Position numbers and translations under genes: made by a program
NCBI GenBank assembly: GCA_012271265.1
Contig: JAAXGQ010000015.1
Coordinates: 6,153 to 70,152, forward strand
Reading direction: 5' to 3'
Source of the DNA: Vicinamibacteraceae bacterium
GTDB lineage: Bacteria > Acidobacteriota > Vicinamibacteria > Marinacidobacterales > Marinacidobacteraceae
DNA: 64,000 nucleotides
Notes under the pieces: generated by a model
Told to the model about the DNA's origin: nothing
The model's input: the letters and a program-made list of their open reading frames with translations, nothing else
Database searches by the model: none
Shown: positions 46,150 to 55,658 of the stretch, piece by piece
How positions within the stretch are numbered: the stretch's first letter is position 1
Layout of the letters: every line of letters starts with the position of its first letter

Positions 46150-46320
46150 GGCGGCGAGCGGGCGATCTCCGGCGCCCGGAGCGGGCTTCCTGGGCGGGCG
46201 CCGTCGAGGCGGGCGGGCTCGCGGACATAATCGTCATCTCCGGCGATACCCGGCTCGACATCATGGCCCTCGACGACCCCGTGCTGGTGGTCAAGGACGG
46301 CCGGCCGTACCGGCGCTGAC
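46150..46320 (+). pseudogene. 3' remnant of an amidohydrolase gene (segmental duplication fragment)
   Basis: Translates to ...AVEAGGLADIIVISGDTRLDIMALDDPVLVVKDGRPYRR*, matching the C-terminus of 37649-38974 (..IEVGKLADIIVIDGDPRFDIMALDDPVLVVKDGRPYRR*); upstream sequence is degenerate. Confidence 0.75.
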
Positions 46321-46339
46321 GAGTGAGGGAGGGAGAACC

Positions 46340-48262
46340 ATGAAGCTCGTGAGAACCGCGTTCGGGGTCGCGGTGGCGACGCTGCTGCTTTCCGTCTCCG
46401 ACGCCCACGCCCAGCGGGCCGACTGGGAAACCCACGGCGGCGATCCGGGGGGGATGAAGTACTCGTGGCTCGACGAGATCAACCGGGACAACGTGGACCG
46501 GCTCGAAGTCGCGTGGACCTGGGAGACCGGGGAGGAACCCCTCTCCATGGCCAGCTCTCCCATCCGGGGCGAACAGGTCGCGCCCGGGAAGTTTCAGGGG
46601 ACTCCGGTCGTCCTGGACGGGGTCATGTACGTCAGCACCTCCTACAGCCGCGTGGCTGCGCTCGACGCGGCCACCGGAGAGGAGCTCTGGGCCTACGACC
46701 CCCGCGCCTACGAGTGGGGGAATCTCCCGCGCGGCTGCCGTTTCTGCCACCGAGGCGTCGCCGTGTGGACCGACGGCGAGGAGCGGCGCGTCTTCATCAA
46801 CAGCCGCTGGATGCTGGTCGCGCTCGATGCGCTGACCGGGGAACCGATCGCGTCGTTCGGCAGCGGCGGGGTCGCGGACCTCACCGAAAACCTCATGTGG
46901 GAGACGAACCGGCTCCTGTACACGAACACCTCACCGCCGGTGGTCTACAAGGACCTCGTCATCGTCGGCAGCGGTGTTCCCGACAACCGGATCTTCCGGA
47001 GGAACCCGCCGGGCGACGTACAGGCGTTCCACGCCCGCACCGGGGAGTTCGTCTGGAGCTTCCACACGATTCCCCAAGAGGGGGAATACGGCAACGACAC
47101 CTGGGAGGACGGCTCGGCGTCCTACACGGGATCGGCCAACGTCTGGGCGCCCTTCACCGTGGACGCCGAGCGCGGACTCGTCTATCTGCCGGTCAGCACG
47201 CCGAACAACGACTACTACGGCGGCCATCGAAAGGGGGACAACCTCTTCGCGGAGTCCATCGTCTGTCTCGACGCCAACACCGGCAGGCGGGTCTGGCACT
47301 TCCAGACCGTGCGTCACGGCATCTGGGACTACGACCTTCCGGCGCCGCCCAACCTGATCACCATCGAGGTGGACGGCAGGACGATCGACGCGGTGGCGGT
47401 CGTGGGGAAAACCGGATTCGTCTACGTCTTCGACCGGGTCACCGGCGAGCCGGTGTGGCCGATCGAGGACCGCCCGGTTCCGGCCAGCGACGTGCCCGGC
47501 GAGCGCGCCGCGACGACCCAGCCCTACCCCACGAAGCCGCCGCCGTTCGGCCGGCAGGGGTTCACCACGGACGATCTGATGGACTTCACCCCCCAACTGA
47601 AGGCGAGGGCGCTCGAGGTCGTCAAGGACTATCGCCTGGGCGCCATGTTCACCCCGCCCTCGCTGGAAGGGACGGTCATCCTGCCGGGAATCTGGGGCGC
47701 CGGGAACTGGGGCGGAGCGGCGTTCGATCCGGGTACCGGGACGCTCTACGTCAAGGCGACCAACTGGCCCTCGGTGTTCCGGGTGGCGCCGCCCGATTCG
47801 CCTCTGGTGGAGGCCGACTACCGGGGCTCCGGCTTCGGCGCCCGGCTGGAACTCGTCCGTGGCGTCCCGGTGCACAAGCCCCCCTACGCCACCCTCACCG
47901 CCCTCGACCTGAACGCCGGCGAGCTGCTCTGGCAGATCACCCTCGGCGATTCGCCCCAGATCCGCAATCACCCGTTGCTGAGGAACCTGGATCTTCCGCA
48001 GCTCGGGGTGGCGCCGCCGCAGCACGGACAGTCCGCGGCGCTCGTGACCGAAGGGGGACTCCTCTTCATCAGCGCCGCGAGCGACCATCTCTACATCTTC
48101 GACAAGGCGGACGGCGCGTTGCTCCGGGAGATCCCGCTGGGCGGCGGCGGGTTCGGCAACCCGGTCACCTACCTCGCCGGTGGACGCCAACTGGTGTCGA
48201 TCGCGACATCGCAGTCGGACGGATCCGAAGCGAAGATCCTCACCTTCCAGTTGCCCCGGTAG
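46340..48262 (+). CDS. PQQ-dependent quinoprotein dehydrogenase (paralog 2)
   Basis: Signal peptide MKLVRTAFGVAVATLLLSVSDAHA and the same tryptophan-docking repeats (ELWAYDP, FVWSFHT, RVWHFQT, ELLWQIT); about 60% identical to 22427-24376. Confidence 0.85.
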   Translation: MKLVRTAFGVAVATLLLSVSDAHAQRADWETHGGDPGGMKYSWLDEINRDNVDRLEVAWTWETGEEPLSMASSPIRGEQVAPGKFQGTPVVLDGVMYVSTSYSRVAALDAATGEELWAYDPRAYEWGNLPRGCRFCHRGVAVWTDGEERRVFINSRWMLVALDALTGEPIASFGSGGVADLTENLMWETNRLLYTNTSPPVVYKDLVIVGSGVPDNRIFRRNPPGDVQAFHARTGEFVWSFHTIPQEGEYGNDTWEDGSASYTGSANVWAPFTVDAERGLVYLPVSTPNNDYYGGHRKGDNLFAESIVCLDANTGRRVWHFQTVRHGIWDYDLPAPPNLITIEVDGRTIDAVAVVGKTGFVYVFDRVTGEPVWPIEDRPVPASDVPGERAATTQPYPTKPPPFGRQGFTTDDLMDFTPQLKARALEVVKDYRLGAMFTPPSLEGTVILPGIWGAGNWGGAAFDPGTGTLYVKATNWPSVFRVAPPDSPLVEADYRGSGFGARLELVRGVPVHKPPYATLTALDLNAGELLWQITLGDSPQIRNHPLLRNLDLPQLGVAPPQHGQSAALVTEGGLLFISAASDHLYIFDKADGALLREIPLGGGGFGNPVTYLAGGRQLVSIATSQSDGSEAKILTFQLPR

Positions 48263-48272
48263 GGAGCCCGTC

Positions 48273-50369
48273 GTGAGCGCCTCGAGGGCACGCCGCGCCG
48301 GAGTCCGTGTCCTGGCGGGTTCGATTCTGGCCGCAGGGCTCGCGGCGCCGCTCGCGGCCCAGACCGAGGAGGAACGGCTCGCGCGTCTGACCCCCGAGCA
48401 CCGGGCGTGGGTGGAAGAGGAAGTCGTCTACATCATGACCGACGCGGAGCGGGAGTTCTTCCTGACGCTGGAGACCCTCGATGAGCGGCAGCGCTTCATC
48501 GAAGCGTTCTGGCGGAAGCGGGACCCGGATCCGGCGAGTCCGGCAAACGAGGCCGAAGAAGAACACTACCGGCGTCTCGCGTTTGCGAACCTCTCGCTGG
48601 CGGACGACACCACCCGCCCCGGCTGGATGACGGATCGGGGCCGCATGTTCATCCTCCTGGGCGAGCCCCGGGAACGGCAGCGCTTCGACGGACTCAACGA
48701 GATCGTTTCGACCGAGCTCTGGTTCTACCAGAGCGAGGCCGGGGTGGGGCTGCCGTCGTTCTTCTACCTGGTCTTCTTCCGGCCGCGCGACATCGGCGAA
48801 TACCGGCTCTATCATCCGGCGCTGGACGGTCCGAGAAGCCTGTTGCGAGGCCGCTACGCCTCGCTGGACACCACCGACCCGGCGCAGATCGTCGTGACGC
48901 TGGGGGACATCTCCCCCGAACTCAGCCGCGCGTCCCTGTCCCTGGATCCCAGCGATCCGGGTGACCTCATCAGCGGCCGGGCGTCGCTCGGGACCGACAT
49001 CCTGCTGGACCGTATCTGGGAGGCGCCGCGGCGGCGCATTCGCACCGACTATCTCGATGCCGCCCGCCGGTATGGCGACCGGGTCAGCGCGGACTACTCC
49101 TTCAACTTCGTGCCGAATCGAAGTGTCTTTCGGGTGCTGCTCGCCCCGGACGCCAGCGCGCTCGTCCACTACTCGGTCGAACTCGACCCGCAGGACATGG
49201 CGCTTCAGGGCGACGAGGCGCAGGCCCGGTTCTACACGATCATGGACCTGAGCGTGGAGGCGCGCGATCGGGCGGGCCGCCTTGTCCACGCCGAGGATCG
49301 CGAACTCGTCGTGGATCTCTCCGCCGCGCAGATGGAAGCGGCGCAGGCCTCACCGTTTGCTTTTCAGGGCAGCTTCCCCCTCATCCCGGGAGACTTTGAT
49401 GCGAGCGTGGTCCTCCGGAACCGAGTGATGAGACGGTTCACCGTCGCTGAAGCCACGGTTTCCGTCCCGGAACCGGACCGAGGCGCCCCGGTCATGAGCG
49501 ATCCGGTGCTCGCCTTCGCGGTGCAGCTCCAGGAAGACCAGGTGACTGCGTTCGCGGGTGGAGGTCGTCGTTTCCGGCCCGCCGCCGATCATCTCTTCTC
49601 GCTCGGGGACCCCCTCACCGCCGGGGTGCAGGTCACGGGCGCGGCAAGCGGCTGGACGGTCCGGCTCACGCTGGGCGCGGGTGAGACGACGCTGCGCGAA
49701 CGCGTCCTCCCCGCTGCCGATTTCGGGAACGGCGGGGGCTACGCGGAGTTCGACCTCGCGGGTCTGGGAACCGGGACGCACTGGTTTCGCGCCGAACTCC
49801 ACGACCCCCAGGGGACGGTGGCGATGGTTCGCGACAGTGCGTTCCAGCTCATCCCGAGGACGGCGCCGCGCGCGGGCTACGTCCACCGAAGCGGCGCGGA
49901 TGCCGCGACGGCGGGCATGCTCGCCTGGACGCGAGGAAATCAGTTTCTCGCTCTGGGCCGGCTCGAAGCGGCGCGCGCGGAGCTCAAGCGGGCGGTCGCG
50001 GCCCATCCCGAGCTGGCCGAGGCGCGCTGGAGGCTTGCCGGCGTGTACCTGAGAACGGAGGATGCGGACCGGGCGCTGGAACTCCTGACCCCCCTGGAAG
50101 CCGAACACGGAGACCAGTACGAAGTGGTCGCCGGAATGGGGTTTGCCCACTACTTCAGGCAACAGTTCGAGGACGCCGCGCGCTATCTCGAGCGGGCCGT
50201 GGCGCTTCGGCCGCCAGGGACCGTGCTGTTGAACGCGCTGGGCGAAGCCCATGAACAGTCCGGCGACCTCGAACGGGCCGGCGCCGCCTTCCAGCGTTCC
50301 CTGGCGCTGGAACCGAATCAGCCGGTCATCGTAGAGCGCCTGGCCGATCTAAAGGCTAGACAGCCGTAG
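48273..50369 (+). CDS. GWxTD-domain protein with C-terminal TPR repeats (paralog 2)
   Basis: RPGWMTDRGRMFILLGEP GWxTD motif. GTG start at 48273, 11 nt after the PQQ-DH stop. Confidence 0.8.
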   Translation: MSASRARRAGVRVLAGSILAAGLAAPLAAQTEEERLARLTPEHRAWVEEEVVYIMTDAEREFFLTLETLDERQRFIEAFWRKRDPDPASPANEAEEEHYRRLAFANLSLADDTTRPGWMTDRGRMFILLGEPRERQRFDGLNEIVSTELWFYQSEAGVGLPSFFYLVFFRPRDIGEYRLYHPALDGPRSLLRGRYASLDTTDPAQIVVTLGDISPELSRASLSLDPSDPGDLISGRASLGTDILLDRIWEAPRRRIRTDYLDAARRYGDRVSADYSFNFVPNRSVFRVLLAPDASALVHYSVELDPQDMALQGDEAQARFYTIMDLSVEARDRAGRLVHAEDRELVVDLSAAQMEAAQASPFAFQGSFPLIPGDFDASVVLRNRVMRRFTVAEATVSVPEPDRGAPVMSDPVLAFAVQLQEDQVTAFAGGGRRFRPAADHLFSLGDPLTAGVQVTGAASGWTVRLTLGAGETTLRERVLPAADFGNGGGYAEFDLAGLGTGTHWFRAELHDPQGTVAMVRDSAFQLIPRTAPRAGYVHRSGADAATAGMLAWTRGNQFLALGRLEAARAELKRAVAAHPELAEARWRLAGVYLRTEDADRALELLTPLEAEHGDQYEVVAGMGFAHYFRQQFEDAARYLERAVALRPPGTVLLNALGEAHEQSGDLERAGAAFQRSLALEPNQPVIVERLADLKARQP

Positions 50370-50376
50370 CGAGCCT

Positions 50377-52092
50377 TCAGCGCTCGCGGTTGAGCCGGGC
50401 GAGCGCCTCCGAGGCCGGTGCGAATCCGGGCTCGACGCGCAGGCTTGCTTCGAAAGCGGTCCGCGCGGCCGTCCGATCGCCGCTGGCCGCGAGGAAGACC
50501 CCCAGGCGGTAGTGCGCCTCCGCATCTCCTGGCCGCGCGGCCACGACCCGCGTCTGGACCTCGATCGCGGCGCCGTGTTCTCGCGCAAGATGGCGAGTGT
50601 GGGCGAGCTCGGCAAGCAGGTCGGCGTTTTCGGGGAATCGGATCCGCGCCGCTTCGAGGCTCTCCAAGGCCTCGGCCAGATCCCCGGTTTCCCGCAGCAG
50701 CAATCCCAGCGTGTAGCGGGCCGTCCCGAGCAGATCGGCATGGCCAGCCGCCTCGGCAAGCGCGATGGCGAGCCGTTCCTGCTCCAGGGCTGCTGCGGGG
50801 TCACCGAGCCGGAAGAGGGCCACCGACAGGAGGTGGCGCGCCTCTCCCGACTCCGGCGCCAGGACGGTGGCTTTCCGGAGGTGGGAAAGGGCATCCTCGA
50901 GCTCGCCGGCCTCGCCCAGCAGGACGCCGAGACGAAGATGGGCCCGCCCCCGCGACGGGTCGCGCGCCAGGGCGTCCCGGAACGCCGCCGCGGCAGCGGC
51001 CGGGTGGCCGCGCGCCTCCAGCGCGGCGCCGAGGGCGATGTGGACGTCAGCCTGCCCCGGATCGAGCCGGGCCGCTGCTTCGAGGTGCAGCACCGCTCCG
51101 TCGAGGTCTCCGAGGCGGCCGAGCAGGACCCCCAGATTCGCTCGCGCCGTGGCGAGATCCGGTTCCAGCGCCACGGCGCGCTGGTAGTGAAGCCGGGCGT
51201 CCTCCGGGTGGCCCGCCTGTTCGAGCGCGGCGCCGAGGGCGTTGTGGGCGTCGGCGGATCCGGGGTCGGTGTCCACGGCCTCCCTCAGGGCCCGGACCGC
51301 CGCTTCGTAACGGCCCTGGTCCAGGAGTTCCGTCCCCGCCGCGAGGGCCGCGCGGGAACCCCGTCCGCGCCGGGCGAGGATCTCCGGCGGCGCCTCGATC
51401 GCAGGTCGACGCGCCGGGCCGCGACGCGACGCGGCGAGGTGTTGCCGGGCCCGCTCGCTGTCTCCCAGGCGCTCGAATGCGAGGGCGGCGGTGTAATGCA
51501 GATTCGGGTCGTCCGGGCGCGCCGCAAGGGCCTTTTCCACGAACACCACGGCTTCCGCGTGGGCGCCGCGGCGGAGGGCGAGGGTCGCCATGCCCCGAAG
51601 CGCCGGGGCGTTGTCTCCGTCCCGTCCCAGAGCCGCCTGGAAATGACGCCGGGACTCGTCAAGCCGCCCCCGGCGCAGCTCGAGTTCCGCGAGAGTGGCG
51701 CGCGCCGCGACGGATCGCGCGTCGGCTTCGACGGCCCGTCGCGCCTTCGCCAGTGCCTGCGTTTCATCTCCCGCCTCGGCCGCGCGGTGCGCGTCGAGCC
51801 GATACCAGCGGGCGTCGTCGGGAGCAAGAGCCTGGGCATTGCGGTAGGAGGTCGCGGCCGCCTCCAGGAAGCCGTGGGCGTGGAGCAGCATGGCGAGCCG
51901 ACCGTGCGCCTCGGGGTCCTGAGGGCGCGCGCGGAGCGCCTCGCGGGCGGACGCGAGCTGGGTCCGGGCCGATGGCTCGATCGATGCGAGCCGTTCCTCG
52001 GCAACGGCGGGGCCGATTGCCTCGGGGGGTCCCTCCGCACAATCGAGGCCGCCAAGGCAGGCCGCAACCGCCAGCAGAGTTCTTGCCGTCAT
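50377..52092 (-). CDS. TPR-repeat lipoprotein
   Basis: Lipoprotein signal LLAVAACLGGLDC, then about 14 consecutive TPR-like 34-mers (Ala-rich, AxxxxxALxxxP patterns). Confidence 0.7.
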   Translation of the reverse strand: MTARTLLAVAACLGGLDCAEGPPEAIGPAVAEERLASIEPSARTQLASAREALRARPQDPEAHGRLAMLLHAHGFLEAAATSYRNAQALAPDDARWYRLDAHRAAEAGDETQALAKARRAVEADARSVAARATLAELELRRGRLDESRRHFQAALGRDGDNAPALRGMATLALRRGAHAEAVVFVEKALAARPDDPNLHYTAALAFERLGDSERARQHLAASRRGPARRPAIEAPPEILARRGRGSRAALAAGTELLDQGRYEAAVRALREAVDTDPGSADAHNALGAALEQAGHPEDARLHYQRAVALEPDLATARANLGVLLGRLGDLDGAVLHLEAAARLDPGQADVHIALGAALEARGHPAAAAAAFRDALARDPSRGRAHLRLGVLLGEAGELEDALSHLRKATVLAPESGEARHLLSVALFRLGDPAAALEQERLAIALAEAAGHADLLGTARYTLGLLLRETGDLAEALESLEAARIRFPENADLLAELAHTRHLAREHGAAIEVQTRVVAARPGDAEAHYRLGVFLAASGDRTAARTAFEASLRVEPGFAPASEALARLNRER

Positions 52093-52099
52093 CGCGCCT

Positions 52100-53800
52100 T
52101 CACCGGCCGGACCCGGCGCCCTCGACGAGTTCGTTCTCCCGATTCACGACCAGGTCCTGGAAGAACTCCGTGGCGGCGTCCGGCCAGATGACCTCCACTC
52201 CGGAGACCTCGGTGTCGGCATCGAGCCCGAAGTGGAGGCGGGGATCGCTCGCGCTGGCGTAGCTGCCGTCGCTCCCCACGACCTTCTCCACCCGTTCTCC
52301 CCCCTGCCGGACCAGGGTGACCCGGGCGCCGAACGCGCGCGGCTCCCCCTGGCTGCGTTGCAGCTTGATCGAGATCCAGTGGCGGCGCGCCCCGACCTGG
52401 TTCAGGAGCAGCCGGGTCGGTCCCTCGTTGTTGGAGACCAGCACGTCCACATCGCCGTCGCCGTCCACATCGCCGAAGGCGGCGCCACGGCTTACTTCGA
52501 CGAGTGCCGCCGTCGGGCCGGAAATCATCGGGACCGCCTCGAAGCGGCTCCCGTCCCCACGGAAGAGCTGGTTGGGCTCGGCGTAGCGAGAGACGCCGGT
52601 CCGCTCCGGCGGTCCAAGCGCCACGGCGCCGTTCGCCACGAACAGATCCGGGAACCCGTCGTTGTCGAAATCGAGCCACTGCACGCCGAACGCGGTCGCG
52701 GCGAGGCTCGGATACCCCAGTCCCCGAGGGAAGGTCGCGTCCTCGAACCAACCGCCTCCCTGATTTTCATAGAGCGTGTTGGTCTCCTCGCGAAGGTGGG
52801 TGACGAAGATGTCGGGATCGCCATCCCGGTCGAAATCGTCCACCGCGATCCCCATCCCGGCCTCGGCGGCCCCGTCGCCGTTGAGCGCGACGCCGGCGAA
52901 CAGCGCCACGTCTTCGAAGCCGCCGTTCCCCCGGTTCCGCCAAAGCTGATTCTCGTTTCCGTCGTTCGCCACGTAGATGTCGAGCCAGCCGTCGCCATCG
53001 AAGTCCACGGCCGCGACGCCGAGTCCGCTTCCGTAGGCCCGATCGATGCCCGCGGCGCCGGTGACGTCGACGAAAGTCCCATCGCCCCGGTTGCGGTAGA
53101 GGATGTCCACCTGCGGGTCGAAATTGTCAGGGTGGCAATAGTCCCGCTCCCCGGTGGGGCGGCAGACCGGATTCTCGCTGACCCGAAACTCCACGTAGTT
53201 GGCGACAAAGAGATCGAGATGGCCGTCGCGGTCGAAATCGAAAAAGGCCGCGCTGGTCCCCCAGCGGTCGTCATCCACGCCGGCGGCGCTTCCGACTTCG
53301 CTGAAGGAGCCGTCGCCGTCGTTCCGGTAGAGGGCGTTCGGGCCGAAGTTCGTCACGAAGAGGTCGAGGAAGCCGTCGTTGTTGTAGTCGCCGGTGGCGA
53401 CGCCCATGCCGTATCCCCGGTGGCCGACGCCGGCGCTGGCGGTCACGTCCGCGAAGATCGGCGGCCTCCCGGCCGCGCCCGGGAGCAGGGCGTTCCGGTA
53501 CAGGCGATTCTCCGCTGTTGCCCCGGATTCGAGGGAGCCGCTCTGCACCAGATAGATGTCCAGGTCCCCGTCGTTGTCGTAGTCCACGAGGGCGCCCCCA
53601 CTTCCCATGATCTCGGGCAGGCGGAACTCTCCGGCGGCGCCGCTCCGGTGCATGAAATCGAGTCCCGCTTCGGCGGACACATCGCGAAAGACGGAAGCGC
53701 CGCCGGCGTCCGACGAAGGTCCTTCCGCCTGTCGTCCCGGATCGTCCCCGCATGCGGCCATCGCCAGCCATCCGAGAAAGACGGGACGAAGCGCCGACAC
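52100..53800 (-). CDS. CRTAC1-family protein (FG-GAP/VCBS repeats + ASPIC/UnbV domain), lipoprotein
   Basis: Repeated DxDxDGxxD calcium-binding FG-GAP motifs (DYDNDGDLDIYL, DYNNDGFLDLFV, DFDRDGHLDLFV, DFDGDGWLDIYV, DFDRDGDPDIFV, DFDNDGFPDLFV, DVDGDGDVDVLV) plus a C-terminal UnbV/ASPIC domain. Confidence 0.78.
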   Translation of the reverse strand: MSALRPVFLGWLAMAACGDDPGRQAEGPSSDAGGASVFRDVSAEAGLDFMHRSGAAGEFRLPEIMGSGGALVDYDNDGDLDIYLVQSGSLESGATAENRLYRNALLPGAAGRPPIFADVTASAGVGHRGYGMGVATGDYNNDGFLDLFVTNFGPNALYRNDGDGSFSEVGSAAGVDDDRWGTSAAFFDFDRDGHLDLFVANYVEFRVSENPVCRPTGERDYCHPDNFDPQVDILYRNRGDGTFVDVTGAAGIDRAYGSGLGVAAVDFDGDGWLDIYVANDGNENQLWRNRGNGGFEDVALFAGVALNGDGAAEAGMGIAVDDFDRDGDPDIFVTHLREETNTLYENQGGGWFEDATFPRGLGYPSLAATAFGVQWLDFDNDGFPDLFVANGAVALGPPERTGVSRYAEPNQLFRGDGSRFEAVPMISGPTAALVEVSRGAAFGDVDGDGDVDVLVSNNEGPTRLLLNQVGARRHWISIKLQRSQGEPRAFGARVTLVRQGGERVEKVVGSDGSYASASDPRLHFGLDADTEVSGVEVIWPDAATEFFQDLVVNRENELVEGAGSGR

Positions 53801-53850
53801 GGGAGGAACGTCCGGCCGGACTCCCAGGTCGCTCCGCCTACGGTTGACGA

Positions 53851-54063
53851 ATGCGGTTCAGGAAGAGATGGAACCGGATATCTGCCAAAGCACCATGCCG
53901 CCGACGCACGCGGGGGCGGCGACGTCGCCCCCGGGGCCGACGAAGCGCCGGGCGCAGGCGATCGTGGAGACACCGACGATGCCGCCTTCCGGCAGCTCGC
54001 GGTCGGGCGGCTCCTGCACCTCCGCCGGCGCCCCGAACGCCAGAAGACAGGCCAGCGGCAGCT
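53851..54063 (-). CDS. hypothetical small Cys-containing protein (71 aa)
   Basis: Intergenic ORF MQELPLACLLAFGAPAEV... with hydrophobic N-terminus, 4 Cys and very high GC3, consistent with coding; no homolog recognised. Confidence 0.3.
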
Positions 54064-54256
54064 CCTGCATCGTCCGTCCTCCCCTTCGCGAAAGGGAGCG
54101 TACACGCCGCCGGCGCGGGCGGCAGGCGGGTTCCTCGGGGCGGCGGCGACCGCCACTTCCGGCGGGGACGGAAAGCCCATATAGTTGCGAACCCGTCACG
54201 GTCCGGTGACAGATCCGTTTCCTCGACGAATCCACAAACCAAAGGGAGCACAAGCA

Positions 54257-55621
54257 ATGCGCGCAGGTGTCTGGCTCAATCGCAGGGCATTCCTGAGAGG
54301 GGCCGGGACGGCCGCTCTCGCTGGCGCGGCGACCTCGGGAGCGTCGCTGTGGACTCCGGGCCGCGCCGCGGCGTCGCCGAGGCAGGACGGCTCGGGCGTG
54401 TTCGATTTCGACACGCCCTACGACCGGATAGGCACCGACTGCTCGAAGTGGGACACGATCATCGAGCGCCACGGCGCCGAGAACATCCAGGTGGCGATGG
54501 GCGTCGCGGACATGGATTTCCGCTGCGCCCCGGCCATCACCGAGGCCCTGGCGGAGCGCGTCCGCCACGAGAACTGGGGCTACCTCAAGATGCCGGAGGA
54601 CTTCTTCCCGGCGATCGTTGACTGGAACAGGAAGCGGCACGGCCTGGAAATCAATCCGGACCTGATGGCGCTCTCCGACGGTGTCCACCCGGCCCTCATC
54701 GCAGCGCTCAAGGCGTTCGCGCGGCCGGGCAGCAAGGTGCTTCTGACCACCTCGACCTACAGCGGCTTCTACATGGACCTGCGCGAGTCCCACACGCTCG
54801 CCGAGGAGAGCCCGCTGATCATCGAGAACGGGGTGCACCGGCTGGACTTCGACGACCTGGAGTCCCGGATCTCGCAGGAGACCGACGCCCTGATCCTCTG
54901 CAACCCGCAGAACCCCACGGGGAACTGCTGGTCGCCGGAAGACCTGATGCGGCTCGGCCAGCTCTGCCTCGAACGGCGGGTCGTGGTGCTCGCCGACGAG
55001 ATCCACTGCGACTTCGTGACGAAGGGCAACAAGTACACGCCGTTCGCCACCCTGCCGGACCAGGCGGTCGTGGACAACAGCGTCACGTTCCAGTCGGGCA
55101 GCAAGACCTTCAGCCTGGCGGCGATGAAGGTGGCCTGGTTCCATTCGACGAATCCGGAGTACTTCGCGAAGGTCCAGGCCCAGCACATGGCGCAGACGAA
55201 CACCCTCGGGGTCGTCGCCCACCACGCCGCGCTTCGAGGCGGCGGGGAGTGGCTGGATCAGCTCCTGGCCTATCTCGACGGCAACCACGATTTCGTCGAG
55301 CAGTACCTGCGGGAGCGGATCCCCGCGATCCAGTACACCAAGGCTCAGGGCACCTACCTGGCGTGGTTGAACGTCAGCCAGATCGGCGAGGCGATCGGCG
55401 CGGCGGAGAAGGCCGCGACGGCCAGCGAAACCGAGGAGGACGAGGTGACGCCGGAGGACATCGTGGTCCGCTGGCTGGTCGAAAACGCCGGCGTCTACAC
55501 CAACCCGGGTTCCAACTACGGGCCGGGTGGCGAGGGCTGGGTGCGCATGAACCTGGGGACCTCGCGACGGCTCATCCAGCTCGCGCTCGACAACATCGCC
55601 GAGGCGGTGGCGGACCTCTAG
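54257..55621 (+). CDS. PatB/MalY-family PLP-dependent C-S lyase (cystathionine beta-lyase-like) with Tat signal
   Basis: Twin-arginine signal MRAGVWLNRRAFLRGAGTAALAGAA; aminotransferase class I/II fold with the Lys region VTFQSGSKTFSLAAMKVAW. Confidence 0.8.
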   Translation: MRAGVWLNRRAFLRGAGTAALAGAATSGASLWTPGRAAASPRQDGSGVFDFDTPYDRIGTDCSKWDTIIERHGAENIQVAMGVADMDFRCAPAITEALAERVRHENWGYLKMPEDFFPAIVDWNRKRHGLEINPDLMALSDGVHPALIAALKAFARPGSKVLLTTSTYSGFYMDLRESHTLAEESPLIIENGVHRLDFDDLESRISQETDALILCNPQNPTGNCWSPEDLMRLGQLCLERRVVVLADEIHCDFVTKGNKYTPFATLPDQAVVDNSVTFQSGSKTFSLAAMKVAWFHSTNPEYFAKVQAQHMAQTNTLGVVAHHAALRGGGEWLDQLLAYLDGNHDFVEQYLRERIPAIQYTKAQGTYLAWLNVSQIGEAIGAAEKAATASETEEDEVTPEDIVVRWLVENAGVYTNPGSNYGPGGEGWVRMNLGTSRRLIQLALDNIAEAVADL

Positions 55622-55658
55622 GCGCTGGCCGGGTGCGCGAGTTGAGGTCGCGAGGCTG

